The notes beneath the pieces were generated by a model that saw only the letters and a list, made by a program, of their open reading frames with translations, was not told where the DNA came from and ran no database searches. From Ranitomeya imitator (taxonomy: Eukaryota): a stretch of 64,000 nucleotides of DNA. The stretch is from the NCBI RefSeq assembly GCF_032444005.1, contig NC_091283.1, forward strand, positions 45,756,001 through 45,820,000. Direction: 5' to 3'. Positions 36,277 to 47,565 of the stretch are shown here, piece by piece (within the stretch, counting starts at the first letter, position 1; every line of letters starts with the position of its first letter). The translations under genes and the position numbers were made by a program.

Positions 36277-36390
36277 GGGACACCTCAGTCCTGGCCGGAG
36301 TGTACGGACCCGCCGAGATTAAGTTCAGCAGAGAGATGCACGACAAGGCCACTGTGGAGGTGCTGGTGCGGCCAAAGGTGGGGTTACCCG
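36277..36390 (+). CDS. EXOSC5: EXOSC5 exon 2
   Basis: tttcag|[38 protein letters not shown]|gtgagt; 114 nt. Confidence 0.96.
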
Positions 36391-37594
36391 GTGAGTGGCC
36401 GGAGAGCAGGTGTTCAGTACGTGGCTAAGACCAAACGCCCCTGTAGCCATTGGATAAGTCAGTGCACCCCACGAACTGAGGCAGGATTGTTATATGTATG
36501 ACCGACTACCTCCTGACTAACCCTAATACACGAGGCTTCACTGCTTTTATATATTGGTCATTAATATCAGATCAGTGGGGGTCCGATACCCTGCACCCCC
36601 CAATCAAGCGCCCATAGCACCGATCCACCCCCTCCATCCTCATGCCGCGCGCCTCCTATCAGCTTGATTGACAGCGCTCACATGTGCTGCTTAATTTGGA
36701 TCCCCGAGTCTGCACAAGCGCAGCATACAGGTGCACACAATGTCCGCACACGCACGCTCACCCTCTCCGGTCTTCAGTGGTCGCCCGCTGCACACACTGT
36801 CTGTGTACGCACTCCCTGGGCTCGGAAACTCCACTCCGGCAGCTCTCGCTCTGGGCAAGTGACATCTGTCACTGATTGAGGGGGTGGACCGGTTCACAAA
36901 GCCCTTGGTCACGCCACTGTTCTACAGTTATTGTGGCAAAGTCCCGCATAGGACTGTGTAAATAAAAATTTTGGGGGGTGACAAAGTCCCTTTTAAATTT
37001 ATAAAATTCTGTCCACCACTAGGGGGAGCTTAGCAGCTTATGTCCTTAATAATGCATGAGGCAACCCCTTGAGCTCCCCCTTGTGGTGGCTGAAGGAAGC
37101 TACGGTTTAGAAATAAAATCAGTTTTCTGACTGCTATAAGGAAATCTTAAGACGTAAACCTGCACGACCTTAAGTTTAGGAATGAGCAAAATGGCAGACA
37201 CGACGTCAGGGTGTGAGCTGTATGTTGCTGGTGGCGCAGGGACTCCACACTGTAACATCAGGCACTGGAAGTAAAGGTTCATCTGAGGAACTTACACTTC
37301 TACACAGCGGCCGATCAGAGAATGCCAAAGAATGTGGGCAAAAGCAGTCGTATCACTAGATATTCAGACATTTATATCATATCCAATCACTTCTATGGGA
37401 GTCTTGAGAACCGCTGATCATCACATGACTATTCTTGGAAGTCAGTGGAGAGCGGTGCGCGCGGGCGACCAGTCCTCCAGAGAGGGCCCCTGGGGCGAGA
37501 CCCTCGGCTGTTAGACATGGGCAATAAATGTCTGATATTAAACCTCGTTTATCGTCACATCACCTCCTCCTTGTTTCTGCTTTCTCCTTACCAG

Positions 37595-37716
37595 CCATAC
37601 AAGAGAAAACCCACGAGCAGTTGGTTCGGGAGACGTGCGAGGCCATGATCCTGGGCACTTTGCACCCTCGGACGTCGATCACCATCGTCCTTCAGGTCAT
37701 CAATGACGGGGGCTCA
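37595..37716 (+). CDS. EXOSC5: EXOSC5 exon 3
   Basis: AIQEKTHEQLVRETCEAMILGTLHPRTSITIVLQVINDGGS|GTATCCTT; 122 nt. Confidence 0.96.
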
Positions 37717-38205
37717 GTATCCTTCTATTGCACAGTGTAATACCCCTGACTGTCCACTGGGGGGCACACGTTCTTCACGCTCTGTCCCTGACTGACGGCG
37801 GCCCCTCCATGTGTACACGGATTCTTCCTGTCTTCCCGCTTTCTTGCTCTATCTCCCATTGATAGATGCCGGCCATTGTGCGCAGACGTTGGATCTTATG
37901 TCGCAGTCGGCTCGGCCTGAAAAGCGGCAGATCAGCGAGATTAGAGACGTACAGCAGGAAATGTCACCTGTGTCCTTCACTCCCCATCATTGTGGCGCTG
38001 ATTAGCCACGTAATCCCCTCTATGGGAAATGTCATAATTTGCTTACAAGCGTGGAGGTGTGCGGGGCGATATGTTAGGGGGGCACAGACCATCTGCAGAT
38101 GGCATCCTCTCTAGCGTGCCTCCTTCAGAGGTCTTATCAGCCCCCCATACACATAAGACAAATGTCAGCCAAACCCACCTACAATGGTGGAATTGGCTGA
38201 CAGTC

Positions 38206-39265
38206 TGTGTATAGGGGTGTTCCGACTCTTCCCTGTTAGTATGGGGGCCTCCTGACTCTTCCCTGTGTGTATGGGGGGCTTCCCGACTCTTCCCTGTGTG
38301 TATGGGGGGCATCCAGACTCTTCCCTGTGTGTATGGGGGCCTCCTGACTCTTCCCTGTGTGTATGGGGGGGCCTCCTGACTCTTCCCTGTGTGTATGGGG
38401 GGCCTCCCGACTCTTCCCTGTGTGTATGGGGGCCTCCTGACTCTTTCCCATGTGTATGGGGGGCCTCCTGACTCTTCCCCGTGTGTATGGGGGGCCTCCA
38501 GACTCTTCCCCATGTGTATAGGGGCCTCCAGACTCTTCCTCGTGTGTATGGGGGGCCTTCTGACTCTTCCTTGTGTGTATGGGGGGCCTCCAGACTCTTC
38601 CTCATGTGTATGGGGGGCCTCCTGACTCTTCCCCATGTGTAAGGGGTCTCCCGACTCTTCCTCGTGTGTATGGGGGGCCTCCTGACTCTTCCTCGTGTGT
38701 ATAGGGGCCTCCAGACTCTTCCCCATGTGTATGGGGGGCCTCCTGACTCTTCCTCGTGTGTATGGGGGCCTCCTGACTCTTCCTCGTGTGTATAGGGGCC
38801 TCCAGACTCTTCCCCATGTGTATGGGGGGGCCTCCTGACTCTTCCCCGTGTGTATGGGGGGCCTCCTGACTCTTCCTCGTGTGTATAGGGGCCTCCAGAC
38901 TCTTCCCCATGTGTATGGGGGGGCCTCCTGACTCTTCCTCGTGTGTATGGGGGCCTCCTGACTCTTCCTCGTGTGTATAGGGGCCTCCAGACTCTTCCCC
39001 ATGTGTATGGGGGGGCCTCCTGACTCTTCCCCGTGTGTATGGGGGGCCTCCTGACTCTTCCTCGTGTGTATAGGGGCCTCCAGACTCTTCCCCATGTGTA
39101 TGGGGGGCCTCCTGACTCTTCCTCGTGTGTATGGGGGCCTCCCGACTCTTCCTCATGTGTATAGGGGCCTCCTGACTCTTCCCCATGTGTAAGGGGGCTC
39201 CCCGACTCTTCCCCATGTGTATGGGGGGCTCCACACTCTTCCCCATGTGTATGGGGGGCTCCACT
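38206..39265. repeat. ~33-bp minisatellite inside the U12 intron
   Basis: Unit GGGGGGCCTCCTGACTCTTCCTCGTGTGTAT and variants. Confidence 0.95.
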
Positions 39266-39546
39266 CCCCTACTAAACCTCCAGTTCTCCTCCATTTGATC
39301 TAATGGTGCTTTCTGTGATTTTGTGACAGGATACGATCAGCGGGGCACCCTGACAACCCTGCAGCCCCATGTAAGTTTTCCCTTAGCTCTCCGAGTCACT
39401 CAGGAAAGGCAGCCAGTCCCATTGACTTTAATAGGAGCTCACTATTTCCCCAGTACATCAGGTGGCAAGGAAAAGAGGGACGCAGCAGCCCTTCATTCTC
39501 ATGATCAGCATTTCCCTCTCCCTTTTGGGTTCCAAAACCCCTTTAA

Positions 39547-39907
39547 CGGGGTGTTCCCATCTCCAGGATCATATCCCAATATGTAGTAGACGTAGTAATA
39601 ATAGCAAATGCCTATAATCAGAAATGGAGTATAGTTCTTCTGATTCACTATGTCGCTTACCCCATGTTCAGGGCATTGCAGTAGCTTCTTAGGTATCCAT
39701 GGTTATGCCCACTCATATAGTGACAGTTAGCTAGTTGCTTTTGGTTGTAACCATGGATACCTAAGCTACTGCAATGCCCTGTACGTGGGGAATGCGACAT
39801 AGCTAATCAGAAGAACTATACTACATTTCTAGTTGGCGCTATTTGCTAATATTTTTATTACACCTACTAGATATTGGGACAGGATCTTGGCGATGGGAAT
39901 ACCCCTT
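39547..39907. mobile_element. T2-type MITE (family also seen near 5215-5330 and 57010-57300)
   Basis: TTAA-flanked, GGGG...TTCCCATC termini, internal palindrome around CCATGGTTA...TAACCATGG. Confidence 0.6.
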
Positions 39908-40874
39908 TTAAGTTGGTATTTTAATTTTGTCCTTTTGGAACATTCTGGATCTTTGGTTGAGTTTTCACCGTCTCCTGAGAACACGTTGCACTCGGAGATG
40001 TAATGCAGAACTGAGGCCGTAAATGTCGACTCCACCTCCCCTTTAATTTGTCAGAAATTAGCAGGGTAATTAAAGCTGTACAGGTAGCAATGGAATTAAG
40101 ATGTCATGTCCTGAATGGAGGACGTCTGCGCTGCTGGGGAAAGGGGCATAAAATAGGATCTGGCGGCTGATTCTTGTGGCGGCTGATTCTTGTGGCGGCT
40201 CCTCCTCATCATCAATGATGGCTGACGTTTCGCTGCTCGGCGTCAGTGTAATCGGAGCTTTTCCTTTCCTGCATTTTTTTTCTATAGTGAAACCTGAGTC
40301 GGAGGAGAAGTTAGCTACTTCCTCTGTCACCGATATCATTGGACTACATCTCCCAGCATCCCTTACTTTTCACGTTTGTAAGAAAACTTTATTCGCACTA
40401 CACTACAGACGCGGGGGCAGGAGGTTGAGGGCAGTGCGGATAGGAAAGGGCCTTCTGGGGCCGGTGACTGTCGGTGGTCAGGCAGCTACTTCCTGTCCTG
40501 GCCAAAAATGAATGCCGAGGTGTCTTCATATGTGAGGGTCTCTCCATTCACTACTATGGTAAACAGAAGGTTTTGGGACCCCCCAACTTTCTGATATTTG
40601 TGGCATATTTTATGGCGGTGCTATAAAAGTCTTAAGGTGGGCTTGTCCCTTTTTTTTAAAAGGGGTTATCTCACCAATAACAGATAGTATATGATTAGTG
40701 GGGGCTTTCCCACCAATCCTAATAACGGGAGCTTTGTGTCGCCCCCTGTATGAATGCAGGAGTAGTGCATATGTGACCACCTACCGTATCTGCAGTATCG
40801 CTGCATTCACACTGGGGCACAGTAATCAGTAGGGGTCCCCAGCAGCCCCCAATTCATGTGTTTATCACCTGTCC

Positions 40875-40977
40875 TGTTATTATGGGTGGGCTAGCCCCCG
40901 TTAGAGGGTCTCTTATTATGGGTGGGCTAGCCCCCGTTAGAGGGTCTGTTATTATGGGTGGGCTAGCCCCCGTTAGA
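40875..40977. repeat. 36-bp tandem repeat x3
   Basis: TTATTATGGGTGGGCTAGCCCCCGTTAGAGGGTCT at 40877, 40913 and 40949. Confidence 0.9.
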
Positions 40978-41268
40978 TGGAGGAAATGGGGAATGTCTGT
41001 GTTCAAGTAGCGGTCACACCAGGGGGGCTCCTCATGGAAGTGGTGGAGCACAGCCCACTCAGCTGTTTGCCCAGGTCTACCCCCTGTGGGGAGTATCTGG
41101 TATTGCAACTCTACTCCCTTGAAGTGAATGGAGCTGATTTTACAAGGATCAGCCCAGGCTCGGCTGCACGTAGATCATTTCCTACTGGTATTACTTGACT
41201 GGCACGAGAAGAAAAATACTTTTTTAATCTGCAGAAGTTTTATTGTTGGAGGCCTTAACTCCTCCCAG

Positions 41269-41409
41269 TTACTCGCCTGCCTCCTGAACGCGGCCTGTAT
41301 GGGTATGATGGACGCCGGACTCCCGATGCGCGCTACGTTCTGCGGGGTCACCTGTGCTCTGGACGATGATGGACAATTAACCATTGATCCCACTGCTAAA
41401 GAGCAAAAG
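41269..41409 (+). CDS. EXOSC5: EXOSC5 exon 4
   Basis: [47 protein letters not shown]|gtcagt; 141 nt. Confidence 0.97.
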
Positions 41410-41427
41410 GTCAGTATTGGGGGAAAG

Positions 41428-42482
41428 CACCCACCGCAAGTTTCATACTGCCTTCCCTGCCCACCGCCAGTTTCGTACTGCCTCCCCTGCCCACCGCCAG
41501 TTTTATAATGCCTCCCCTGCCCACCGCCAGTTTCGTACTTCCTCCCCCACCCACTGCCAGTTTTGTACTGCCTCCCCTGCCCACCACCAGTTTTGTACTG
41601 CCTCCCCTGCCCACCGCCAGTTTCGTACTGCCTCCCCTGCCCATAGCCTGTTTCGTACGGCCTCCCCTGCCCACCGCCAGTTTTATAATGCCTCCCCTGC
41701 CCACCGCCAGTTTCGTACTTCCTCCCCCACCCACTGCCAGTTTTGTACTGCCTCCCCTGCCCACCACCAGTTTTGTACTGCCTCCCCTGCCCACCGCCAG
41801 TTTCGTACTGCCTCCCCTGCCCACCGCCAGTTTCGTACTGCCTCCCCTGCCCACCGCCAGTTTCGTACTGCCTCCCCTGCCCACCGCCAGTTTTGTACTG
41901 CCTCCCCTGCCCACTGCCAGTTTTGTACTGCCTCCCCTGCCCACCGCCAGTTTCGTACTGCCTCCCCTGCCCATAGCCTGTTTCGTACGGCCTCCCCTGC
42001 CCACCGCCAGTTTTATAATGCCTCCCCTGCCCACCGCCAGTTTCGTACTTCCTCCCCCACCCACTGCCAGTTTTGTACTGCCTCCCCTGCCCACCACCAG
42101 TTTTGTACTGCCTCCCCTGCCCACCGCCAGTTTCGTACTGCCTCCCCTGCCCATAGCCTGTTTCGTACTGCCTCCCCTGCCCACCGCCAGTTTCGTACTG
42201 CCTCCCCTGCCCACTGCCAGTTTCGTACTGCCTCCCCTGCCCACTGCCAGTTTTGTACTGCCTCCCCTGCCCACTGCCAATTTTGTACTGCCTCCCCTGC
42301 CCACAGCCAGTTTCGTACTGCCTCCCCTGCCCACTGCCAGTTTCGTACTGCCTCCCCTGCCCACTGCCAGTTTCGTACTGCCTCCCCTGCCCACAGCCAG
42401 TTTCATACTGCCTCCCCTGCCCACTGCCAGTTTCGTACTGCCTCCCCTGCCAACTTCCAGTTTCGTACTGCCTCTCCTGCCC
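41428..42482. repeat. 30-bp minisatellite, ~35 copies
   Basis: Unit GCCCACCGCCAGTTTCGTACTGCCTCCCCT; starts 19 nt after the exon 4 donor. Confidence 0.97.
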
Positions 42483-42699
42483 TTGTGAAGGTCATTTCGA
42501 GACCTGAACTATGGAAGTGGGTTCTAATGATAGCCGAGCATCTTCTCTAAGTGCATTTAATCATTTGATCGCCATGGTCAAAAAAAAAAAAAAGGTATCA
42601 ATGGGGGACCCTCTGCTCCGATTGGTTCACTCGTCTTCCCAGCCTAAAATCCAGTCGAAAAATTGTCAAGAGATTGACGCCATCTTGCTTTGTTACCAG

Positions 42700-42789
42700 G
42701 AGAGCCGCGCCGTCTTGACGTTTGCCATTGAGAGCACGGAAAAGAAAATATTAACCGTTTCCACGAGAGGCGTTTACTCCCCCGCAGAG
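42700..42789 (+). CDS. EXOSC5: EXOSC5 exon 5
   Basis: ESRAVLTFAIESTEKKILTVSTRGVYSPAE|gtaagt; 90 nt. Confidence 0.96.
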
Positions 42790-43060
42790 GTAAGTGTCGG
42801 TATACAGTCCACACAGCCGCCAATTGCTCTAATGTATCCCACCTCTCCCCCCAGTATAAGACCACCCTGATGTATCCCGGCTGGCGCCTATATTATTCCT
42901 CTCCTTTTTATCTTTTTCCGTCCACGTTGGCCTATAAGGATTTTGGGGTTTTTTTTGGTTTTTTTTTTTGGGGGGGGGGCAGGATGAGTTGTGGTTTTGG
43001 ATTAACCATTCATTTTCCACGAAATTTGCAGAAAAGTGGGGGAAAAAATTCCAAGTTTAA

Positions 43061-46000
43061 CCCCTTCATGACCCAGCCTATTTTGACCTTAATGACCTGG
43101 CCATTTTTTGCAATTCTGACCAGTGTCCCTTTATGAGGTAATAACTCAGGAACGCTTCAACGGATCCTAGTGATTTTTAAATTTTTTTTTTGTGACATAT
43201 TGGGCTTCATGCTAGTGGTAAATGTAGGTCGATAATTTTTGCGTTTATTTGTGAAAAAAAATCGGAAATTTGGCGAAAATTTTGAAAATTTCGCAATTTT
43301 CAAATTTTGAATTTTTATTCTGTTAAACCAGAGAGTTATGGGACACAAAATAGTTAATAAATAGCATTTCCCACATGTCTACTATACATCAGCACAATTT
43401 TGGAAACACATTTTTTTTTTTGCTAGGAAGTTATATACATTTTTACAACAAAATTTACAAAACCATTTTTTTAGGGACCACCTCACATTTGAAGTCAGTT
43501 TGAGGGATCTATATGGCTGAAAATACCAAAAGTGACACCATTCTAAAAACTGCACCCCTCAAGGTGCTCAAAACCACATTCAAGAAGTTTATTAACCCTT
43601 CAGGTACTTCACAGCAGCAGAAGCAACATGGAAGTAAAAAATGAACATTTCACTTTTTAGTCACAAAAATGATCTTTTAGCAACAATTTTTTATCTTCTC
43701 AAGAGTAAAAGGAGAAACTGGACCCCGAAAGTTGTTGTCCAATTTGTCTTGAGTACGCTGATACCTCATATGTGGGGGTAAACCACTGTTTGGGCGCACG
43801 GCAAGCCTCGGAAGGGAAGGAGCGCCATTTGACTTTTTGAATGAAAAATTAGCTCCAATCGTTAGCGGACACCATGTCACGTTTGGAGAGCCCCCGTGTG
43901 CCTAAAAATTGGCGCTCCCCAACAAGTGACCACATTTTAAAAACTAGACCCCCCAAGGAACTTATCTAGATGCATAGTGAGCACTTTAAACCCCCAGGTG
44001 CATGACAAATTGATCTGTAAAAATGAAAAAGTACTTTTTTTCACAAAAATTTTCTTTGTCTCAATTTTTTCATTTTCACATGGGCGACAGGATAAAATGG
44101 ATCCTAAAATTTGTTTGGCAATTTCTCCTGAGTACGCTGATACCTCATATGTGGGAACTTATCTAGATGTGTGATGAGCACTTTGAACCCCCAAGTGCTT
44201 CACAGAAGTTTATAACGCAGAGCCTTGAAAATAAAAAATCATTTTTCTTTCTTCAAAAATTATTTTTTAGAACGCAATTTTTTTATTTTCACAAGGGTAA
44301 CAGGAGAAATTGGACCCCAAAAGTTGTTGTCCAGTTTGTCCCGAGTACGCTGATGCCCCATATGTTGGGGTAAACCACTATTTGGGCACACGTGAGGGCT
44401 CGGAAGGGAAGTAGTGACGTTTTGAAATGCAGACTTTGATGGAATGGTCTGCGGGCGTCACGTTGTGTTTGCAGAGCCCCTGTGTGCCTCAACAGTAGAA
44501 ACCCCCCACAAGTGATCCCATTTTGGAAACTAGACCCCCCAAGGAACTTATCTAGATGTGTGGTGAGCACTTTGAACCCCCAAGTGCTTCACAAAACGCA
44601 GAGCCGTGAAAATAAAAAATCATTTTTTTCCCCACAAAAATCATTTTTTAGTCCCCAATTTTTTATTTTCCCAAGGATAACAGGAGAAATTAGACCTCAA
44701 AATGGGGGTTGTGCAATTTTTCCTGAGTACGCTGATACCCCATATGTGGGGGGGGGGGGGGGGACCACTGTTTGGGGGCTCGGAAGGGAGGGAGCACCAT
44801 TTGACTTTTTGAAAGCAAGATTGGCTGGAATCAATGGTGGCGCCATGTTGCGTTTGGAGACCCCCTGATGTGCCTAAACAGTAGAAACCCCTCAATTCTA
44901 ACTCCAACACTAACCCCAACACACCCCTAACCATAACCCAAATCACACCCCTAAACCTAATCCCAACCCTAACCATAACCCTAACCCCAACACACCCCTA
45001 ATCCCAACCCCAATCCCAAACCTAACACTAATTCCAACCCTAACCCTAACTTCCGCACAGTTTTTGAAAAATTTCTTAGGTAAAACGTACTGCGTTTTAC
45101 CTGCTGATTTACCGTGGATTTCCAGCGTTTTTTGTGCGGATTCCACCTGCAGTTTTACACCTGCGGATTCCGATTGAGGAGCAGGTGTAAAGCGCTACAG
45201 AATCCGCACAAACAATTGACATGCTGTGGAAAATACAACGCAGTGTTTCCGCGCGGTATTTTCCGCACCATGTGCACAGCGGGTTTGGTTTTCCATAGGT
45301 TTTCATGGTACTGTACACCTGATGGAAAACTGCTGCGAATCCGCACCGTGTGCACTTAGTCTAATTCTAACCCCAATTCTAACCCTAACCCTAGTGGAAA
45401 CATTTCATTATTTTCCCTACCTATGGGAGTAATAAAGGGGGGGGGGGGTTATTTACTATTATTTTTATTTTGATCACTTTGATAGGGTCTATCACAGTGA
45501 TCAAAATGTACCTCGAGTCAATGAACGAATCTGCCGGCTGCCGGATTTGGCGGTCGCAATGCACATGCGCCCTCCATTTTGGAAGATGGCGGTGCCCATT
45601 GGATAAGACCGATGGACGCCGGGCGTGACACTGGGACTCGGGAGGTGCGGGGGGAGCTGAGGACAGGATGGAGTGGAGAGGAGGGCAGCGGAAGACAGGA
45701 TGGAGGGGAGGAAAGACCTGCAAACTGCCGCCACCGTCAGTCGGTGGTGGTGGGGCAGAGCGCGGTCTCCAGCCGTGGCCGATGATATCGCAGCATCTGC
45801 CATGGCTGGATTGTAATATTTCACCAAGTTTCATTAGTGAAATATTACGATTGCTCTGATTGAAAGTTTCACTTTCAACAGCCAATCAGAGCGATTGTAG
45901 CCACTGGGGGAAGGGGTGGGGGTGATAAAGCCTGCGCTCCTGTTCATGCGGGTCGGGTGAAATTTCGGTTAACCATTTCACCCGACCTGTAGGAACGCGA

Positions 46001-46085
46001 TCATTCTGTTGCCAACATATGCGTCACAGGTCGGATTGGCACCGAATTTCATGACACATACGCTGCGTCACAGGAGGGGAAGGGG
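43061..46085. mobile_element. Non-autonomous piggyBac-type element, ~3 kb
   Basis: TTAA|CCCCTTC...GAAGGGG|TTAA. Internal few-hundred-bp duplications, CTAACC-rich tracts and a nested MITE fragment (~45052-45360); no transposase. Confidence 0.7.
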
Positions 46086-46846
46086 TTAATTGAAATTGCC
46101 CTGTACGGAGTGGGCTCTGCTCCATGATGGAAATGTCCGCCATGGAGTGTTAAGGGGTTAAAGGGTTGTCCAGTAAGTAACATGCATATCATTTATGGAT
46201 AGGATAGATGACAAATGATTGGTGGCAGTTCCAGAAGTTGGTCTTCCAAAAAGTGGTTCCAAAGGTCACTGAAGCTTTACTGAGCGTGTGCGACCACCAC
46301 TCTATTCACTGTCTATATGAGTGGTGGTCGCACATGCTCAGTAACCCGTTACACAGGAGACTTTGTCCAGTGGAGGTTTTCAGCAGCTGGAGCCCCAGTA
46401 ATCATACACTTATCATCTCTCCTGTGGGTAAGTTTAGTGTATGAGACCTCCACATAGACCACCAGGCCCGAGGTCATCATCAGCAGCCGCTGGTGGACTG
46501 TTATATAGTAAGTGTTATTACAGCTTGGCGCCCGCTCAGGACATTGCAGCATTGTGCTGGTGTCTGCAGCCCTGCACGCTTCTCGGAGACCCGAGATGCT
46601 GCATAATGCTAATATCAATATTTCTGGACAGTCCTGGGCAGCCTCCAGGCCAGTGACTGATGGCGGTCTGGCAGGCTCAGTGTCTGCACAGTAATGCCGT
46701 CTGCCGCGCTCCACAGAGCACTGAAAATACGGCTGTCGGTGACCAATCAACAGAGGCGGCAGTCTGGAAGCCGCAAGGGCCCCTGGTTTATGCTGGGAAA
46801 TGACGACACCTCTAGGACTGGACATCAGGAGAAGTTTACGATCTAA

Positions 46847-47125
46847 GGCTACGTTCACATTAGCGTCGCTGTTGCGGCGGCGACGCGCCCCTATGTTTAA
46901 CATAGGGGACGCGTGCGTCTTTTTGCACGCGTTTTCCGACACGTGCGTCGTTTTAGACGCTAGCGTCGGACGCAAGAAAACGCTACAAGTTGCATTTTTC
47001 TTGCGTCCGATTTCGTCAAAAAACGACGCACGCGTCGCAAAACGCGCGCGTTTGCGCGCGTTTTTCCGTGCGTCGCGCGTTGCGTCGCCGACGCAGGGCG
47101 GCGCAACGCTAGTGTGAACGTAGCC
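46847..47125. mobile_element. PIF/Harbinger-type MITE
   Basis: TAA|GGCTACGTTCACA...TGTGAACGTAGCC|TAA. Confidence 0.88.
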
Positions 47126-47565
47126 TAATTAGTGCAGACGAGAAATACCAACATCCTTAAGACTGAACAGAGACTCCTGTGCCTCCAGGAATAATGTATG
47201 AGACCGAGACTCCTGTGCCTCCAGGAATAATGTATGAGACCTGCACCTCTGTGACCGCTCTGAGAGCAGAGACTCGCGGAGCGCTAAGACTGGAGCGCAG
47301 AGGCTTCTACACCTCTAGGACTGATGTGATATAGCAGAGGTTTAGAAACCTCTGGGACTTGTGCTCCGTCTTCTCGATTATGGCAGCCGGTAACATTCCT
47401 CTACATTGTATACGTGTGAATAGAGAAGCAGACCCCCAGAACTGGTGTATGAATGCCGGACACGCTCAGGAGTGACACACAAAAGTAGATTCTCTAGGAC
47501 TTGTTAAGGAATTGACTACCTCTAGGACTGATGTATTAAGACACTGAAGGAAAAATATCAGTGAC

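Larger units (their letters stand above)
37717..41268 (+). other. U12-type (minor spliceosome) GT-AG intron
   Basis: 5' site GTATCCTTC; branch CCTTAAC at 41253-41259, about 11 nt before CAG; no long pyrimidine tract. Confidence 0.92.

Noticed and set aside
38043-42550. Repeat-peptide ORFs in EXOSC5 introns 3 and 4
   Set aside because: Minisatellite translations on both strands with no domain signal.
44893-45395. Interstitial telomere
   Set aside because: The CCCTAA-like units are degenerate and lie inside the piggyBac-type element.
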